52,041 nt of DNA from Halanaerobiales bacterium (GTDB lineage: Bacteria; Bacillota; Halanaerobiia; Halanaerobiales; M55B127). Shown in pieces: positions 25,820 to 36,195 of the stretch. The position numbers and the translations under genes were made by a program. Position 1 is the first letter of the stretch; each line of letters starts with the position of its first letter. The stretch covers positions 1 to 52,041 of the forward strand of contig DATGCJ010000126.1 of assembly GCA_035312025.1 (NCBI GenBank), given 5' to 3'. The notes below the pieces were generated by a model. It saw only the letters and a list, made by a program, of their open reading frames with translations. It was not told the origin of the DNA and did no database searches.

Positions 25820-26727
25820 TACTTCACCACTCCCAGGGTCCTAGGTCTTAAATATCTATCCAGTAAAGGAACAGTGGTATTCATAAATAGAATTGAATAC
25901 ATTACACCTTCTGGATAACCACCCCATAGTCTAATAATCGCAACAAGCAGACCGGCTCCAATTCCAAAAACCCATCTTGCTCTCTTGGTAACAGGTGAAG
26001 TAACCATATCAGTAGCCATATAAAAAGCACCCAGGATAAGACTACCAGCAAAAAGATGCTCAACCGGGTTTGCTCCTGCTAAGAAAGTCATAATAATAAC
26101 AGCAGAAATCATACCGGTTGGTATTCTCCAGTTTATGTATCCTTTATATATTAAGTAGGCTGCCCCTAATAATAAGGCAAGAGAGGAAGTTTCTCCTAAA
26201 GAACCTCCTGTACTACCAACAAAAAGATTCCAGATTCTTACTATTTCCCCGCCAGCCATTTGGCTTAAGGGAGTAGCGGTGGAAGTTCCATCAACCGTCC
26301 AGGTTGTCATAAGTACTGGATAAGAAGCAGTTAAAAAAGCCCTTCCTATTAAAGCCGGATTAAAGACATTATAACCGAGGCCTCCAAATACCTGTTTACC
26401 CAGACCTATACCTACTACACTACCCAAAAAGGCAGTCCATAATGGGATTGAGGGAGGCAGGGTTAATGCTAAAAGTAATCCGGTTAAAACTGCACTTCCA
26501 TCGTTAATTACAATTTCTTTTTTTCTAACTTTTAAAAATATATACTCAGTTAATACAGCCCCTAAAATGCTTACAGCCACAATTAATAGAACTCTAAATC
26601 CGAAAAAATATGTAGCGGCTAAAACAGCAGGAATAAGAGCATATACAACTGTCCACATTATCTCTTCAACTGAGGTTGCATCTTTAATATGTGGATTTGG
26701 TGTTACAAGCAGTTGTTCATTATTCAT
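25819..26727 (-). CDS. rnfD: Rnf complex subunit D
   Basis: 302-aa polytopic RnfD/NqrB-like protein with a TSTATPLS flavinylation-type motif. SD AAGGAGG. Confidence 0.9.
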   Translation of the reverse strand: MNNEQLLVTPNPHIKDATSVEEIMWTVVYALIPAVLAATYFFGFRVLLIVAVSILGAVLTEYIFLKVRKKEIVINDGSAVLTGLLLALTLPPSIPLWTAFLGSVVGIGLGKQVFGGLGYNVFNPALIGRAFLTASYPVLMTTWTVDGTSTATPLSQMAGGEIVRIWNLFVGSTGGSLGETSSLALLLGAAYLIYKGYINWRIPTGMISAVIIMTFLAGANPVEHLFAGSLILGAFYMATDMVTSPVTKRARWVFGIGAGLLVAIIRLWGGYPEGVMYSILFMNTTVPLLDRYLRPRTLGVVK

Positions 26728-26738
26728 AACTATCCTCC

Positions 26739-28064
26739 TTACTGTGATGATTTTTTCAATTTCATGTCTTCCATTTTCCCAATTCTAATGTAATCTAATA
26801 GTGGTCTATCTGCTGGACATATATATGAACAGGAGCCACATTCAATACAACTTTGTACATTATATTCATCTAGTTCATCATATCTTTCATACTGTGATAA
26901 ATCAGATAGTTTAAGTGGTAATAAATACATGGGACAGGAATCGACACATCTTGCACAACCAATACATGGTTTAGGATCGAACTTAGCCACACTATCTTTA
27001 TGTAATACTATAATTCCAGAAGTACCTTTTACAGTAGGAACTTCAGTCGAATGCTGCGCTGAACCGGTCATTGGACCACCCAAAATAATTTTGGCAGGGT
27101 CTCCTTCAAATCCCCCGGCTTCTTCTATCAGATCTTTAATACGAGTCCCAATCCGATAGTAAAGATTACAGGGTTCCATGATACCCTCTCCGGTCACCGT
27201 AATAGTCCTTTCAATTAAGGGTTTCCCCTCATTAACCGCTTCAAATACGGCTACAGCTGTGGCAACATTGTTTACAATACAGCCTACATCTAAAGGTAAA
27301 CCACCGGCAGGTACTTCTCTACCCAGAGCTGCTTTAATCAGCATTTTTTCTCCACCCTGCGGGTACTTTGTTTTAAATACTTCTATATCAATATTGTCTT
27401 CCTCTTCAACCGCTTTTTTCATATTCGATATTGCTCTCGGCTTATTATTTTCAATTCCGATGAAACCTTTCTCAACTCCGGCTGCCTTCATCATAAGCTT
27501 CATACCTTCTACTATATCTGATGAACGCTCAATCATCATCCTATTGTCTACATTTAAAAAAGGCTCACATTCAATACCATTTAATATGAAATATTCTACT
27601 TCTTTATCATCCGGCACCGCTAGCTTAACATGGGTGGGAAACATAGCTCCCCCAAGGCCCACTATGCCGGCCTCCCTGACAACATGTCTAATATCTTCTG
27701 ATGTTAAATCTTCAATAGCCTTATCGGGTTTTAAAGAGTCATCAACTTCATCTTCTTCATCTGCTTCAATGATAATTGATAAGGTCTTTTGACCGGAAGG
27801 TGTTCTTACATTTTCAATCGCCTTAACTTCACCTGAAACAGAAGCATGTACAGGTGCTGAAACAAATCCTTCCGCATCTCCAATCTTTTGTCCCCTTTTA
27901 ACATGGTCACCCTTTTCTACTAAAGGTTCTAAAGGGGCACCAATATGTTGTTGTAAAGGTATTACTACTTCCTGGGGTCTTTTAGCATCCCGTAATGGTT
28001 TTTCTTTAGTTAATTCTTTATGATATTCAGGATGAATCCCCTGTTTGAATGTAAGTACACTCAT
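26739..28064 (-). CDS. rnfC: Rnf complex subunit C
   Basis: 441 aa. GLGGAMFPTH NADH/FMN-binding region and two C-terminal 4Fe-4S motifs (CIGCARCVDSCP, CIECGSCSYICP). Confidence 0.95.
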   Translation of the reverse strand: MSVLTFKQGIHPEYHKELTKEKPLRDAKRPQEVVIPLQQHIGAPLEPLVEKGDHVKRGQKIGDAEGFVSAPVHASVSGEVKAIENVRTPSGQKTLSIIIEADEEDEVDDSLKPDKAIEDLTSEDIRHVVREAGIVGLGGAMFPTHVKLAVPDDKEVEYFILNGIECEPFLNVDNRMMIERSSDIVEGMKLMMKAAGVEKGFIGIENNKPRAISNMKKAVEEEDNIDIEVFKTKYPQGGEKMLIKAALGREVPAGGLPLDVGCIVNNVATAVAVFEAVNEGKPLIERTITVTGEGIMEPCNLYYRIGTRIKDLIEEAGGFEGDPAKIILGGPMTGSAQHSTEVPTVKGTSGIIVLHKDSVAKFDPKPCIGCARCVDSCPMYLLPLKLSDLSQYERYDELDEYNVQSCIECGSCSYICPADRPLLDYIRIGKMEDMKLKKSSQ

Positions 28065-28146
28065 TTTTTCACCTCTAATTTAGTATATATTTGCTTGTAA
28101 ATAAACAACTACGTTAATTCTATAATATGTAAGTAAAATCTGCAAA

Positions 28147-28674
28147 TTATTTTACAATAAAAGTATCATATCCTAATTCAATTAATTCTTCTTCAATCTG
28201 CTCCGTCGCTTCTCTCGATTCCTCACCTATAACTCTGACTTTGAAAGTAGACGCCTCTTTTATTATAACATTATATCCCTCGTCTTCAAGTTCCTTTTTA
28301 AAACTTTCCGCATTTGACCTTTGTGAAAAAGCACCTACCTGGATCTTATATACATTACTATAATTACCACTGGATACCTCTTCTGTTTGTTCGGTTTGTG
28401 CTGTTTCTGAAGTATTATCTTCTGTAGCCTCTTGTTGTTGGGATTCAGTCTCCGGTTCTGACTGTTCTGTAGTCTGGTCTACTTCATTGGAACTTTCTTC
28501 TTGCTGGGCCTCCTGTTGAGACTCGTTTTCGGTTTGGGCTACTTGTTCAGGGCCACCTTTCATCCATCTAAATAGATTTAACCCCACTAAGTATCCAACA
28601 AAAACACATATGATTGCCATGACAATAATTACAAGTGTTAAAGACCTATTATTAGATTTTTTCTTTTTAGCCAT
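28147..28674 (-). CDS. SPOR domain-containing membrane protein (DedD-like)
   Basis: N-terminal TM, an E/Q/T-rich linker and a C-terminal SPOR fold (YKIQVGAFSQRSNAESFKKELEDEGYNV). Overlaps the folC stop by 8 nt. Confidence 0.8.
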   Translation of the reverse strand: MAKKKKSNNRSLTLVIIVMAIICVFVGYLVGLNLFRWMKGGPEQVAQTENESQQEAQQEESSNEVDQTTEQSEPETESQQQEATEDNTSETAQTEQTEEVSSGNYSNVYKIQVGAFSQRSNAESFKKELEDEGYNVIIKEASTFKVRVIGEESREATEQIEEELIELGYDTFIVK

Positions 28675-30019
28675 CCTTTAAACCTCCCTCTATTAACAGG
28701 TGAGTAAAAAATCTTGCTTCTGCTACGGTATATAAAGAACCAGTTATACAAAATGTATCATCTTCATCCATTGTTTTATATGTCTGCTTCACAGCTTTTT
28801 GAATATTATTATAAACTTTATTTTTGAGATTGAGAGTATCAGCATAATTTTTTAATAAAGTCGGTTTTAAAGACCTTTCATTTTGATTTTTAGTAATTGA
28901 TAGTTCCATTTTATGATCTAATGTATTAATTATATTAAACATCTCTTTGTAGTCTTTATCTTTTAATATGCTAATTAAAAAGAATAACTTCTTATCCTTC
29001 TTTATATTATCATCTATAAATTGTACTAATCTTTTCATACCATCTACATTATGAGCCCCGTCTAAAATAATATTGGGGTTTCTATTCATCATTTCTAAAC
29101 GACCGGGCCATCTACACCGGTCTAAACCTTTATAAATTTTTTCTTTATTAATTTTATATCTAGCTGGAAGTAAATTTAAAGATCTTACTGCCAAAGCAGC
29201 ATTTTTGACTTGGTGTTCCCCCAATATATTAAGTTTTATATCATCAAATGTTTCCCCATTATATCTTAAATTAAATGTCTGCTGTTTTAAATTCTTATCA
29301 ATTAATTCATAATTGGCCGCCTTTTCCATTATAGTTAGTTTGGCTTTCATTTGGGCAGCAATTTTTTTAAAAACATCCAATGCTTCCTTATTTTCAGCTC
29401 CCGTGATAACAGGAACTCCCTTTTTTATTATACCTGCTTTTTCAAAGGCAATATCTTTAATCTCAGGCCCTAAAATATCAGCGTGTTCATAACTTATATT
29501 TGTTATGATACTTAAGAGGGGACTGCTAACAGCATTGGTAGCATCCAATCTCCCCCCCAAACCTACCTCTAAAATTCCAATATCTATCTCTTTTTTATAA
29601 AAATATTGAAAGGCTATCACTGTAATTATCTCAAAAAAGCTCGGCTCTTCAATTTTTATATCTTTAGCTGGATCAGCAAAGATATCTTTTAATTCAGAGA
29701 CTATCTCTTTTAGTTCATTTGTTGTTATGGGAATCTCATTAACTTTAAATCTTTCATTAAAGTGGACCAACGGTGGTGAGATATAAGTACCGACCTTAAA
29801 GCCCGCTTCTTTGAAGATACTGGTTAAAATAGCAGCTGTTGAACCCTTTCCATTCGAACCTCCAATATGGATGTAATTTACTTTATCTTGCGGGTTATCT
29901 AAATAAGAAAGAAGTTTATTAACTCTTTCTAAGCCCGGTTGAAATCCACCTTTTTTGCCATACTTTTTAAATTGTAATAAAAACTCATAAGGATTCATAT
30001 TACCATTCCTTTTCAACAT
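28667..30019 (-). CDS. folC: Bifunctional folylpolyglutamate synthase / dihydrofolate synthase
   Basis: Mur-ligase P-loop IHIGGSNGKGST and the FolC C-terminal domain. An alternative start at ATG 29998 is possible. Confidence 0.9.
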   Translation of the reverse strand: MLKRNGNMNPYEFLLQFKKYGKKGGFQPGLERVNKLLSYLDNPQDKVNYIHIGGSNGKGSTAAILTSIFKEAGFKVGTYISPPLVHFNERFKVNEIPITTNELKEIVSELKDIFADPAKDIKIEEPSFFEIITVIAFQYFYKKEIDIGILEVGLGGRLDATNAVSSPLLSIITNISYEHADILGPEIKDIAFEKAGIIKKGVPVITGAENKEALDVFKKIAAQMKAKLTIMEKAANYELIDKNLKQQTFNLRYNGETFDDIKLNILGEHQVKNAALAVRSLNLLPARYKINKEKIYKGLDRCRWPGRLEMMNRNPNIILDGAHNVDGMKRLVQFIDDNIKKDKKLFFLISILKDKDYKEMFNIINTLDHKMELSITKNQNERSLKPTLLKNYADTLNLKNKVYNNIQKAVKQTYKTMDEDDTFCITGSLYTVAEARFFTHLLIEGGLKDG

Positions 30020-30094
30020 TACTTTTTAAAAACTCCTTGAAGCTTAGTATACATTTATTATAAAATAAACTATAACAAAAAGGAGGTTAACCGG

Positions 30095-30529
30095 GTGAAT
30101 AAAATACTAATAGTCTCATTAATATCTTTATTTTTAGCACAGTTTTTAAAAATATTTACTATTAAACCCTCTTCTTTTACCAACTTATTTGGTTCAGGTG
30201 GTTTCCCAAGTTCCCACTCCTCTTTTGTGGCCACTCTCTCTACCCTAATAGGTCTAAAACACGGCTTTAATTCTGATCTTTTTGCCATTGTCTTAATTTT
30301 TTCTTTAATAGTCACTTATGACGCGAGTGGAGTAAGAAGAGCTGTCGGAGAACAGGCCAATGTATTAAATAATTTAATCCAACACTTAAATGTAAAAAAT
30401 ATTGAACGCGATCCGGAAATACTAAAAGAAGACCTTAAAGAGTTAATCGGACATACTCCTTTAGAAGTTTTTGCAGGTGTGCTATTGGGGGTTTCAGTTG
30501 CTTTTATAAGTTATTATTACTTTTTTTAA
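30095..30529 (+). CDS. Divergent PAP2 family protein (DUF212)
   Basis: GTG start 8 nt after AGGAGG. GGFPSSHSSFVATL and YDASGVRR are family motifs. 144 aa, multi-TM. Confidence 0.8.
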   Translation: MNKILIVSLISLFLAQFLKIFTIKPSSFTNLFGSGGFPSSHSSFVATLSTLIGLKHGFNSDLFAIVLIFSLIVTYDASGVRRAVGEQANVLNNLIQHLNVKNIERDPEILKEDLKELIGHTPLEVFAGVLLGVSVAFISYYYFF

Positions 30530-31782
30530 TAGTTCTTTTTTATATAATCTAATAGCTGTTCTCTTTTTTTAAAAACTCCCAAGGCCTGTTTTCCTTCTAT
30601 ATCTTCTAAAATCTCTCCCACTAATTTACCTTCTGCAATATTTAATACCTTTTTAATATCATTACCACTTATCAACTTCTCAGCAGTTCTTTTCTGCATT
30701 TCTGCTACCTTATTTAAAACTTTAAAAACCAATTCTTTTTCTTTTTTGTCTTTTTTTACATGAAAAAGGCTTAATAGTAGATATTTTGAAACTTTAATAT
30801 CTATACTTTTTGAGAACAATTCTTCATACAATAATATATCATTATTAAGATAAGATTTATAGTCTCTTAGTAAATTTTTTATAAAATGAAGATGATCTAT
30901 TACTAGATCTATGCCCTGTTTATTAAAAGTATAGTTAATTAATCTATCTTCCAGTTGTTTTAAAGTAACTTTATTTTTTAAAATCAAAAACATGAAAAAT
31001 AGGATAAGGTTAAATAAATAACTCTCTATTTTTATATTTTCTAAGTATCTATTTTTTTTAACAAAATGTAGCTGTTTTAATAATTTTTTTCTTATTTTGC
31101 GATCTTTTTTTAAATCTACCCCAAAGAGGACTTTCAAAATATTACTTTCTAATAGTAATTTAATCCTGGCAGGCTTTAAATAGTTTGAATACAATTGATA
31201 TAGTTCCTCTTTTATTCTCTCATTGGCTGGTTTTAATGTTATATTAATATTTTCTTTTATTATTTCATAAGTTTTTTCTTCTATTAGAAAGTCTAAATTA
31301 TTGGAAAATCTAAAAGCCCTTAAAATCCGCAGGGGGTCTTCCTTTATAGAATCCTCGCTTACCATCCTAATTATCTTATTTTCAAGATCACTTCTTCCCT
31401 CAAAAGGATCGATTATATCCTTACTATCCATAAAAATTTTCTCATTTTTATAACTTACATCTCTTAAATCTAATGCCATCGAATTAATAGTAAAATCCCT
31501 GCAGCCAAGATCTTGATAAAGATCCTGACCTACAGGGGTTGTAAAATCAATAAATTTGTTATCATCAGTTACAATTCTATAGATACTGCGTTTTTTATCT
31601 AAAACAATCAACTTGCGATCTGTTTCATTAGTAAACCGATCTATAATATTTTCAAAATCTGACATAACAATTAAATCAATATCTTTTATTTCTTTATTTA
31701 ATAAATAGTCTCTTACTGCTCCACCCACTATATATATTTTGTTAACTCCTGTAATATATTTTAGTAAAGAAAGATATTTCAT
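30526..31782 (-). CDS. CCA-adding enzyme / poly(A) polymerase-family tRNA nucleotidyltransferase
   Basis: Class II nucleotidyltransferase motifs GGAVRD, DIDLIV, RDFTINSMA and EDPLRILRAFRF. The C-terminal half is very K/I/L-rich and divergent. Confidence 0.75.
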   Translation of the reverse strand: MKYLSLLKYITGVNKIYIVGGAVRDYLLNKEIKDIDLIVMSDFENIIDRFTNETDRKLIVLDKKRSIYRIVTDDNKFIDFTTPVGQDLYQDLGCRDFTINSMALDLRDVSYKNEKIFMDSKDIIDPFEGRSDLENKIIRMVSEDSIKEDPLRILRAFRFSNNLDFLIEEKTYEIIKENINITLKPANERIKEELYQLYSNYLKPARIKLLLESNILKVLFGVDLKKDRKIRKKLLKQLHFVKKNRYLENIKIESYLFNLILFFMFLILKNKVTLKQLEDRLINYTFNKQGIDLVIDHLHFIKNLLRDYKSYLNNDILLYEELFSKSIDIKVSKYLLLSLFHVKKDKKEKELVFKVLNKVAEMQKRTAEKLISGNDIKKVLNIAEGKLVGEILEDIEGKQALGVFKKREQLLDYIKKNY

Positions 31783-31797
31783 TAATTTTCACCTATC

Positions 31798-33768
31798 TTA
31801 ATCAATTAATCTTTTTATTATTTTATCTGCATCAAATCCAAAGTGGGCTGCTACTTCCTTGCCAGGCGCACTTGCTCCAAACTCTTCTTGGCTGATCACG
31901 GTATCATCTTGATCTAAGAATCTATACCAGCCGCTGCCAATACCTGCTTCTATAACAACTTTTTTATCCTTAGGATTACCCATTAATTCTTTAATATAGG
32001 CTCTATCTTGTGATTCTAAGATACTGCGTTCTGGCACAGAGACTATCCTGGATTCAATATCTTTCTCTTTTAATTTATCTGCAATCTTTTGGGCAAGAGA
32101 GACTTCACTGCCGCTTGCTATAAAGGTAAACCTATAATCTCCCTTACCTTTTCTAACTAAATAACCGCCTTTTTCAAAGTTTTTAATACCATTTTCTTTG
32201 GCTATTTCAGGTAAGCTCTGTCTTGTTAAGACCAGGGCAGTCGGTCCTTCGGTTCTTTTTACTGCCTTAAGCCAGGCTTCTTTTGTTTCCTCAGCATCAG
32301 CCGGGCGATAAACCTGAAGATGCGGGATCGCTCTTAACGCTTCCAGTTGTTCTACCGGTTGATGAGTCGGACCATCTTCCCCTATATAGATGGAATCATG
32401 GGTAAAGACGTAAATAACGGGTTGTTTCATTAAAGCTGCAAGCCTAATAGCCGGCCTCATATAGTCTGAAAATACGAGGAATGTGGCAGCAAATGGTCTT
32501 ACACCCTTATGGAGTGCCATTCCATTTACTACTCCACCCATGGCATGTTCCCTTACGCCGAAACGAAAATTACGGCCGGAATGAGAATTAGGTTGAAACT
32601 CTTCATACTTATCTAGATAAGTCTTATTAGAGGGAGCTAAATCAGCTGAACCTCCAATTAAATAATCCAATCTATCGGCGATTGTTCTTAAAGTAGCTCC
32701 AGAAGCTTTACGGGTGGCAATGGGTGTATCAATATCTAAATTATGAACTATATCTTCCAGGTCTTCTTTAACTTCTAGATTATAAGCTTTCTTCCATTCT
32801 TTATAGAGTTTGGGATACTTTTCTTTCCACTCAGCAAATTTATAATCCCAGGCTTCTTTTCTTTCCTCTAAAATCTCTTTTCTCTCAGAAAAATAGTCTT
32901 TCACATTATCTGAGACATAGAATTCCTTATCAGTTGGTAGACCAAAAAATTCTTTTAAACCTTTAATATCTTCTTCCCCTAAAGGTGCTCCATGGGCTTC
33001 GGCTGAATCCTGTTTATTAGGGGCCCCATAAGCAATATGGGTTTTGGCTGCAATCAAAGTAGGCTTAGTCGGTTCAGCTTTTGCTTTCATTAAAGCCTTT
33101 CTCATTTCATTTATATCATGTCCATTGACATCTTCGATTACATGCCAGTTATAGGCCTTAAACCTGTCCGGGACTGATTCCGTAAATGTGATATCAGTCG
33201 ACCCTTCTATTGAAATATCGTTATCATCATAGATTGCAATTAATTTACCTAAGCCAAGATGACCGGCCAGGGAAGCAGCTTCTGAACTAATACCTTCCAT
33301 CATACAGCCGTCTCCCATTATGGTATAAGTATAATGGTCAACTATATCTAAATCACCTTTATTAAATTTAGATGCTAAATGCCTTTCTGCTATAGCCATC
33401 CCGACTGCATTGGCAAAACCCTGACCTAAAGGTCCGGTTGTAGTTTCTACACCCTCGGTTTCTGAGTATTCGGGGTGACCGGGGGTCTTTGATTCCAACT
33501 GTCTAAAATTCTTTAACTCTTCTAAACTCAAATCATAACCACTTAAGTGTAAAAGAGAATATAACAACATTGAACCATGACCAGCCGACAAAACAAAACG
33601 ATCCCTATCAGGCCAATTTGGACTTGCAGGATCGTGTTTTAAAACTTCACCATAAAGTAATGATCCTATTTCAGCACAACCGACCGGCATACCGGGGTGT
33701 CCTGAATTTGCTTTCTCAACTGCATCAACAGACAAACCTCTTACTATATTGGCAACTTCTTTAAGCAC
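31798..33768 (-). CDS. tkt: Transketolase
   Basis: 656 aa. ANSGHPG, the ThDP motif GDGCMMEG and a C-terminal domain. GTG start after AGGAGG. Confidence 0.95.
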   Translation of the reverse strand: MLKEVANIVRGLSVDAVEKANSGHPGMPVGCAEIGSLLYGEVLKHDPASPNWPDRDRFVLSAGHGSMLLYSLLHLSGYDLSLEELKNFRQLESKTPGHPEYSETEGVETTTGPLGQGFANAVGMAIAERHLASKFNKGDLDIVDHYTYTIMGDGCMMEGISSEAASLAGHLGLGKLIAIYDDNDISIEGSTDITFTESVPDRFKAYNWHVIEDVNGHDINEMRKALMKAKAEPTKPTLIAAKTHIAYGAPNKQDSAEAHGAPLGEEDIKGLKEFFGLPTDKEFYVSDNVKDYFSERKEILEERKEAWDYKFAEWKEKYPKLYKEWKKAYNLEVKEDLEDIVHNLDIDTPIATRKASGATLRTIADRLDYLIGGSADLAPSNKTYLDKYEEFQPNSHSGRNFRFGVREHAMGGVVNGMALHKGVRPFAATFLVFSDYMRPAIRLAALMKQPVIYVFTHDSIYIGEDGPTHQPVEQLEALRAIPHLQVYRPADAEETKEAWLKAVKRTEGPTALVLTRQSLPEIAKENGIKNFEKGGYLVRKGKGDYRFTFIASGSEVSLAQKIADKLKEKDIESRIVSVPERSILESQDRAYIKELMGNPKDKKVVIEAGIGSGWYRFLDQDDTVISQEEFGASAPGKEVAAHFGFDADKIIKRLID

Positions 33769-33819
33769 ATTAAAACCTCCTGTTGTATTAGTCTATTAAT
33801 TATTATAATATTCAGAGGG

Positions 33820-34689
33820 TTAAATTTCATAGCTTTTACCGGTAATCGGTAAATTTAAATTTGCTAAAACCCTTTCTATTAAAACACCCTCTCTTTCTGG
33901 AAAATCATAGCCATAAGTGGTCCTCACGGCCATTGAAATAAACTGTACAGCTCTATCAATAGCCATAGGCAAGCTGTCTCCCGAAAGTATACTACCAACC
34001 AATATACTGGTGAATAAATCACCGGTGCCTGGAAAGTTAGCCGGGATATAATCACAGTCTACTTTCCAGTAACGATCTTCCTTTTTTTGATACGCCAATA
34101 CCGAAGTTTTTTCTTTACTTTTATAACCTGGTACACTGGTGATAACTACCATATCTGGTCCAAAAGAAGAAAGATCTCTTAACCATTCTTTTGCTTTTTC
34201 ATCGCTGTTTATACCGTTCTTATCTTTTTTTAGTAAAAACTTTGCTTCCGTAATATTAGGGGTAATAAGGTCCGCTTTTTTGACTAATTTTCTCATGTTA
34301 TTGACCATTTTTGGACCAAAAGTGTCATACGTCTCTCCATTATCCCCTAATACTGGGTCTATAATAACATATTGTTCGTCTCTTTTAAATCTTTTAATGA
34401 AATCAATAACAATTTCTATCTGGTGAACAGAACCTAAAAAACCACTGTATATCGCATCAAAATCTATAGCTAGAGATTCCCAGTGGTTTATATAATCGGG
34501 TAATTCTTCCGTTAAATCAATAAATTTATAGTCTTTAAAGCCACCGGTATGAGTTGACAAGACAGCGGTGGGAAGTGGGCAGGGTTGAATTCCCATTGTA
34601 GCCAGTACTTCAATTACTGTGGTTAATGAACCTCTCCCATACCCTGATATATCATGTATAGCCGCTACTTTCGGGACTGGATTTTTCAT
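33820..34689 (-). CDS. pdxK: Pyridoxal/pyridoxamine kinase (ribokinase superfamily)
   Basis: VAAIHDISGYGRGSLTTVI...PLPTAVLSTHTGGF and C-terminal GTGDLFTS are typical of the PdxK/PdxY family. Confidence 0.8.
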   Translation of the reverse strand: MKNPVPKVAAIHDISGYGRGSLTTVIEVLATMGIQPCPLPTAVLSTHTGGFKDYKFIDLTEELPDYINHWESLAIDFDAIYSGFLGSVHQIEIVIDFIKRFKRDEQYVIIDPVLGDNGETYDTFGPKMVNNMRKLVKKADLITPNITEAKFLLKKDKNGINSDEKAKEWLRDLSSFGPDMVVITSVPGYKSKEKTSVLAYQKKEDRYWKVDCDYIPANFPGTGDLFTSILVGSILSGDSLPMAIDRAVQFISMAVRTTYGYDFPEREGVLIERVLANLNLPITGKSYEI

Positions 34690-34703
34690 CTTCTTCCTCC
34701 TTA

Positions 34704-35948
34704 CTAACCTATCGTACTACCACTTTCTATATTTTTATTATCAAAGTCTTTTTCCCTTGTATAAGACATAACTCTACAGTTTCGGCCGATCTGAACATTA
34801 TTAGGGATAACGGCTCTTTTAGCAATGATATTTAATCCATTGAAGAGTAAATCAGGCTTTTCTTCATTTGGTGTTAAATCATCACCAAATCCAATATGGC
34901 AGTTCTCTCCTATATCAACTTCTTTATCAATAATACATTTATCAACTATTGTGTTTTTTCTAATCCGTGTGTCATTAAAGATGATTGAATTTCTTACTAC
35001 TACATTTTCTTCAATATAGACACCGGGGGATATTACAGAATTCTCTACAATACCGTTGATAATAGCACCGTTTGATAAGAGGCTATTTTTTGATTTGCTA
35101 TTGGGGCCGAACTTTACAGGTGGTTTTTCGACACTTTTTGTATGGACCTTCCAGTCTTCATCATAAAGATTTAATTCTGGAATAGATTCGGTCAAAGATA
35201 AATTGGTCTCCCAAAAGGACTTTAAAGTCCCCACATCTCTCCAATAACCTTCATACTCATAGGCATAAACCTCATTATTTTTAATCATCGGTGGAATAAC
35301 ATGGTGGCCAAAATCAGACTTTTCAGCACTACAGTATTTATTAAGAGCCTTAATTAAAGCATCTTTAGTAAAAACATAGATCCCCATGGAAGCCAAGTTG
35401 TTTGGGGGATTTTCGGGCTTTTCTAAAAAATCAGTGATCTTACCAGTCTTATCGGTATCTAAAATACCGAACCTACTGGCATCTTCCTGGGGTACTCTTT
35501 GGGCAGCAATCGATAAATCCGCATTACGATCTATATGGTCTTCTACCATTTTATCATAATTCATCTTGTATAAATGATCTCCTGATAATATTAAAACATA
35601 CTCGGGGTCTTGACTCCTTAAATAACTCATATTTTGATATATAGCATGGGCGGTCCCTTTATACCAGCCACCTTCTTTACCGGTATAAGGTTGAAGGATA
35701 GTAATACCTCCATATTTACGGTCTAAGTCCCATGGTTTACCAATTCCGATATGATCATTGAGAGAAAGCGGTAAATACTGAGTAAGGACTCCTACATTAT
35801 ATATACCCGAATTTACACAGTTACTTAATACAAAATCAATTAGTCGATACTTGCCTGCAAAAGGGACACTCGGTTTTGCCCTATGTTCAGATAGTATGTC
35901 TAATCTACTGCCCCTTCCACCTGCAAGTATTAAAGCAAGTGTTTTCAA
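34704..35948 (-). CDS. glgC: Glucose-1-phosphate adenylyltransferase
   Basis: LAGGRGSRL, YRLIDF, a GlgC-type core and a C-terminal left-handed beta-helix. TTG start after GGGGGG. Confidence 0.9.
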   Translation of the reverse strand: MKTLALILAGGRGSRLDILSEHRAKPSVPFAGKYRLIDFVLSNCVNSGIYNVGVLTQYLPLSLNDHIGIGKPWDLDRKYGGITILQPYTGKEGGWYKGTAHAIYQNMSYLRSQDPEYVLILSGDHLYKMNYDKMVEDHIDRNADLSIAAQRVPQEDASRFGILDTDKTGKITDFLEKPENPPNNLASMGIYVFTKDALIKALNKYCSAEKSDFGHHVIPPMIKNNEVYAYEYEGYWRDVGTLKSFWETNLSLTESIPELNLYDEDWKVHTKSVEKPPVKFGPNSKSKNSLLSNGAIINGIVENSVISPGVYIEENVVVRNSIIFNDTRIRKNTIVDKCIIDKEVDIGENCHIGFGDDLTPNEEKPDLLFNGLNIIAKRAVIPNNVQIGRNCRVMSYTREKDFDNKNIESGSTIG

Positions 35949-36134
35949 TTTAATCCCCCCTGGATTGTGTTATATAAATGTTATTTACTTTTTACTCCTT
36001 ATAATTTTATATTTTCTACAATAAACCCTTAAATCCTTTATTCAATAAACTAAAATATAGTTAGCATAACTTAATAAAATTAATTAAAATTATTAAATAT
36101 ATAAATATTTATGTTTAAATTTTTAATAATTTTC

Positions 36135-36163
36135 TTGACAATATTAAATTTTTTAAGTATAAT
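36135..36163 (+). promoter_or_regulatory. Consensus SigA promoter for the MFS gene
   Basis: TTGACA (36135..36140), 17 nt, TATAAT (36158..36163). The SD GGAGG and GTG 36196 lie downstream. Confidence 0.7.
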
Positions 36164-36195
36164 TATTATAGAAATTAATTAATGGAGGTATAAAA

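Noticed and set aside
30070-30315. 81-aa minus-strand ORF overlapping the PAP2 gene start
   Set aside because: The plus-strand PAP2 (DUF212) reading frame has clear family motifs and a proper AGGAGG-GTG start. The minus-strand ORF has neither.
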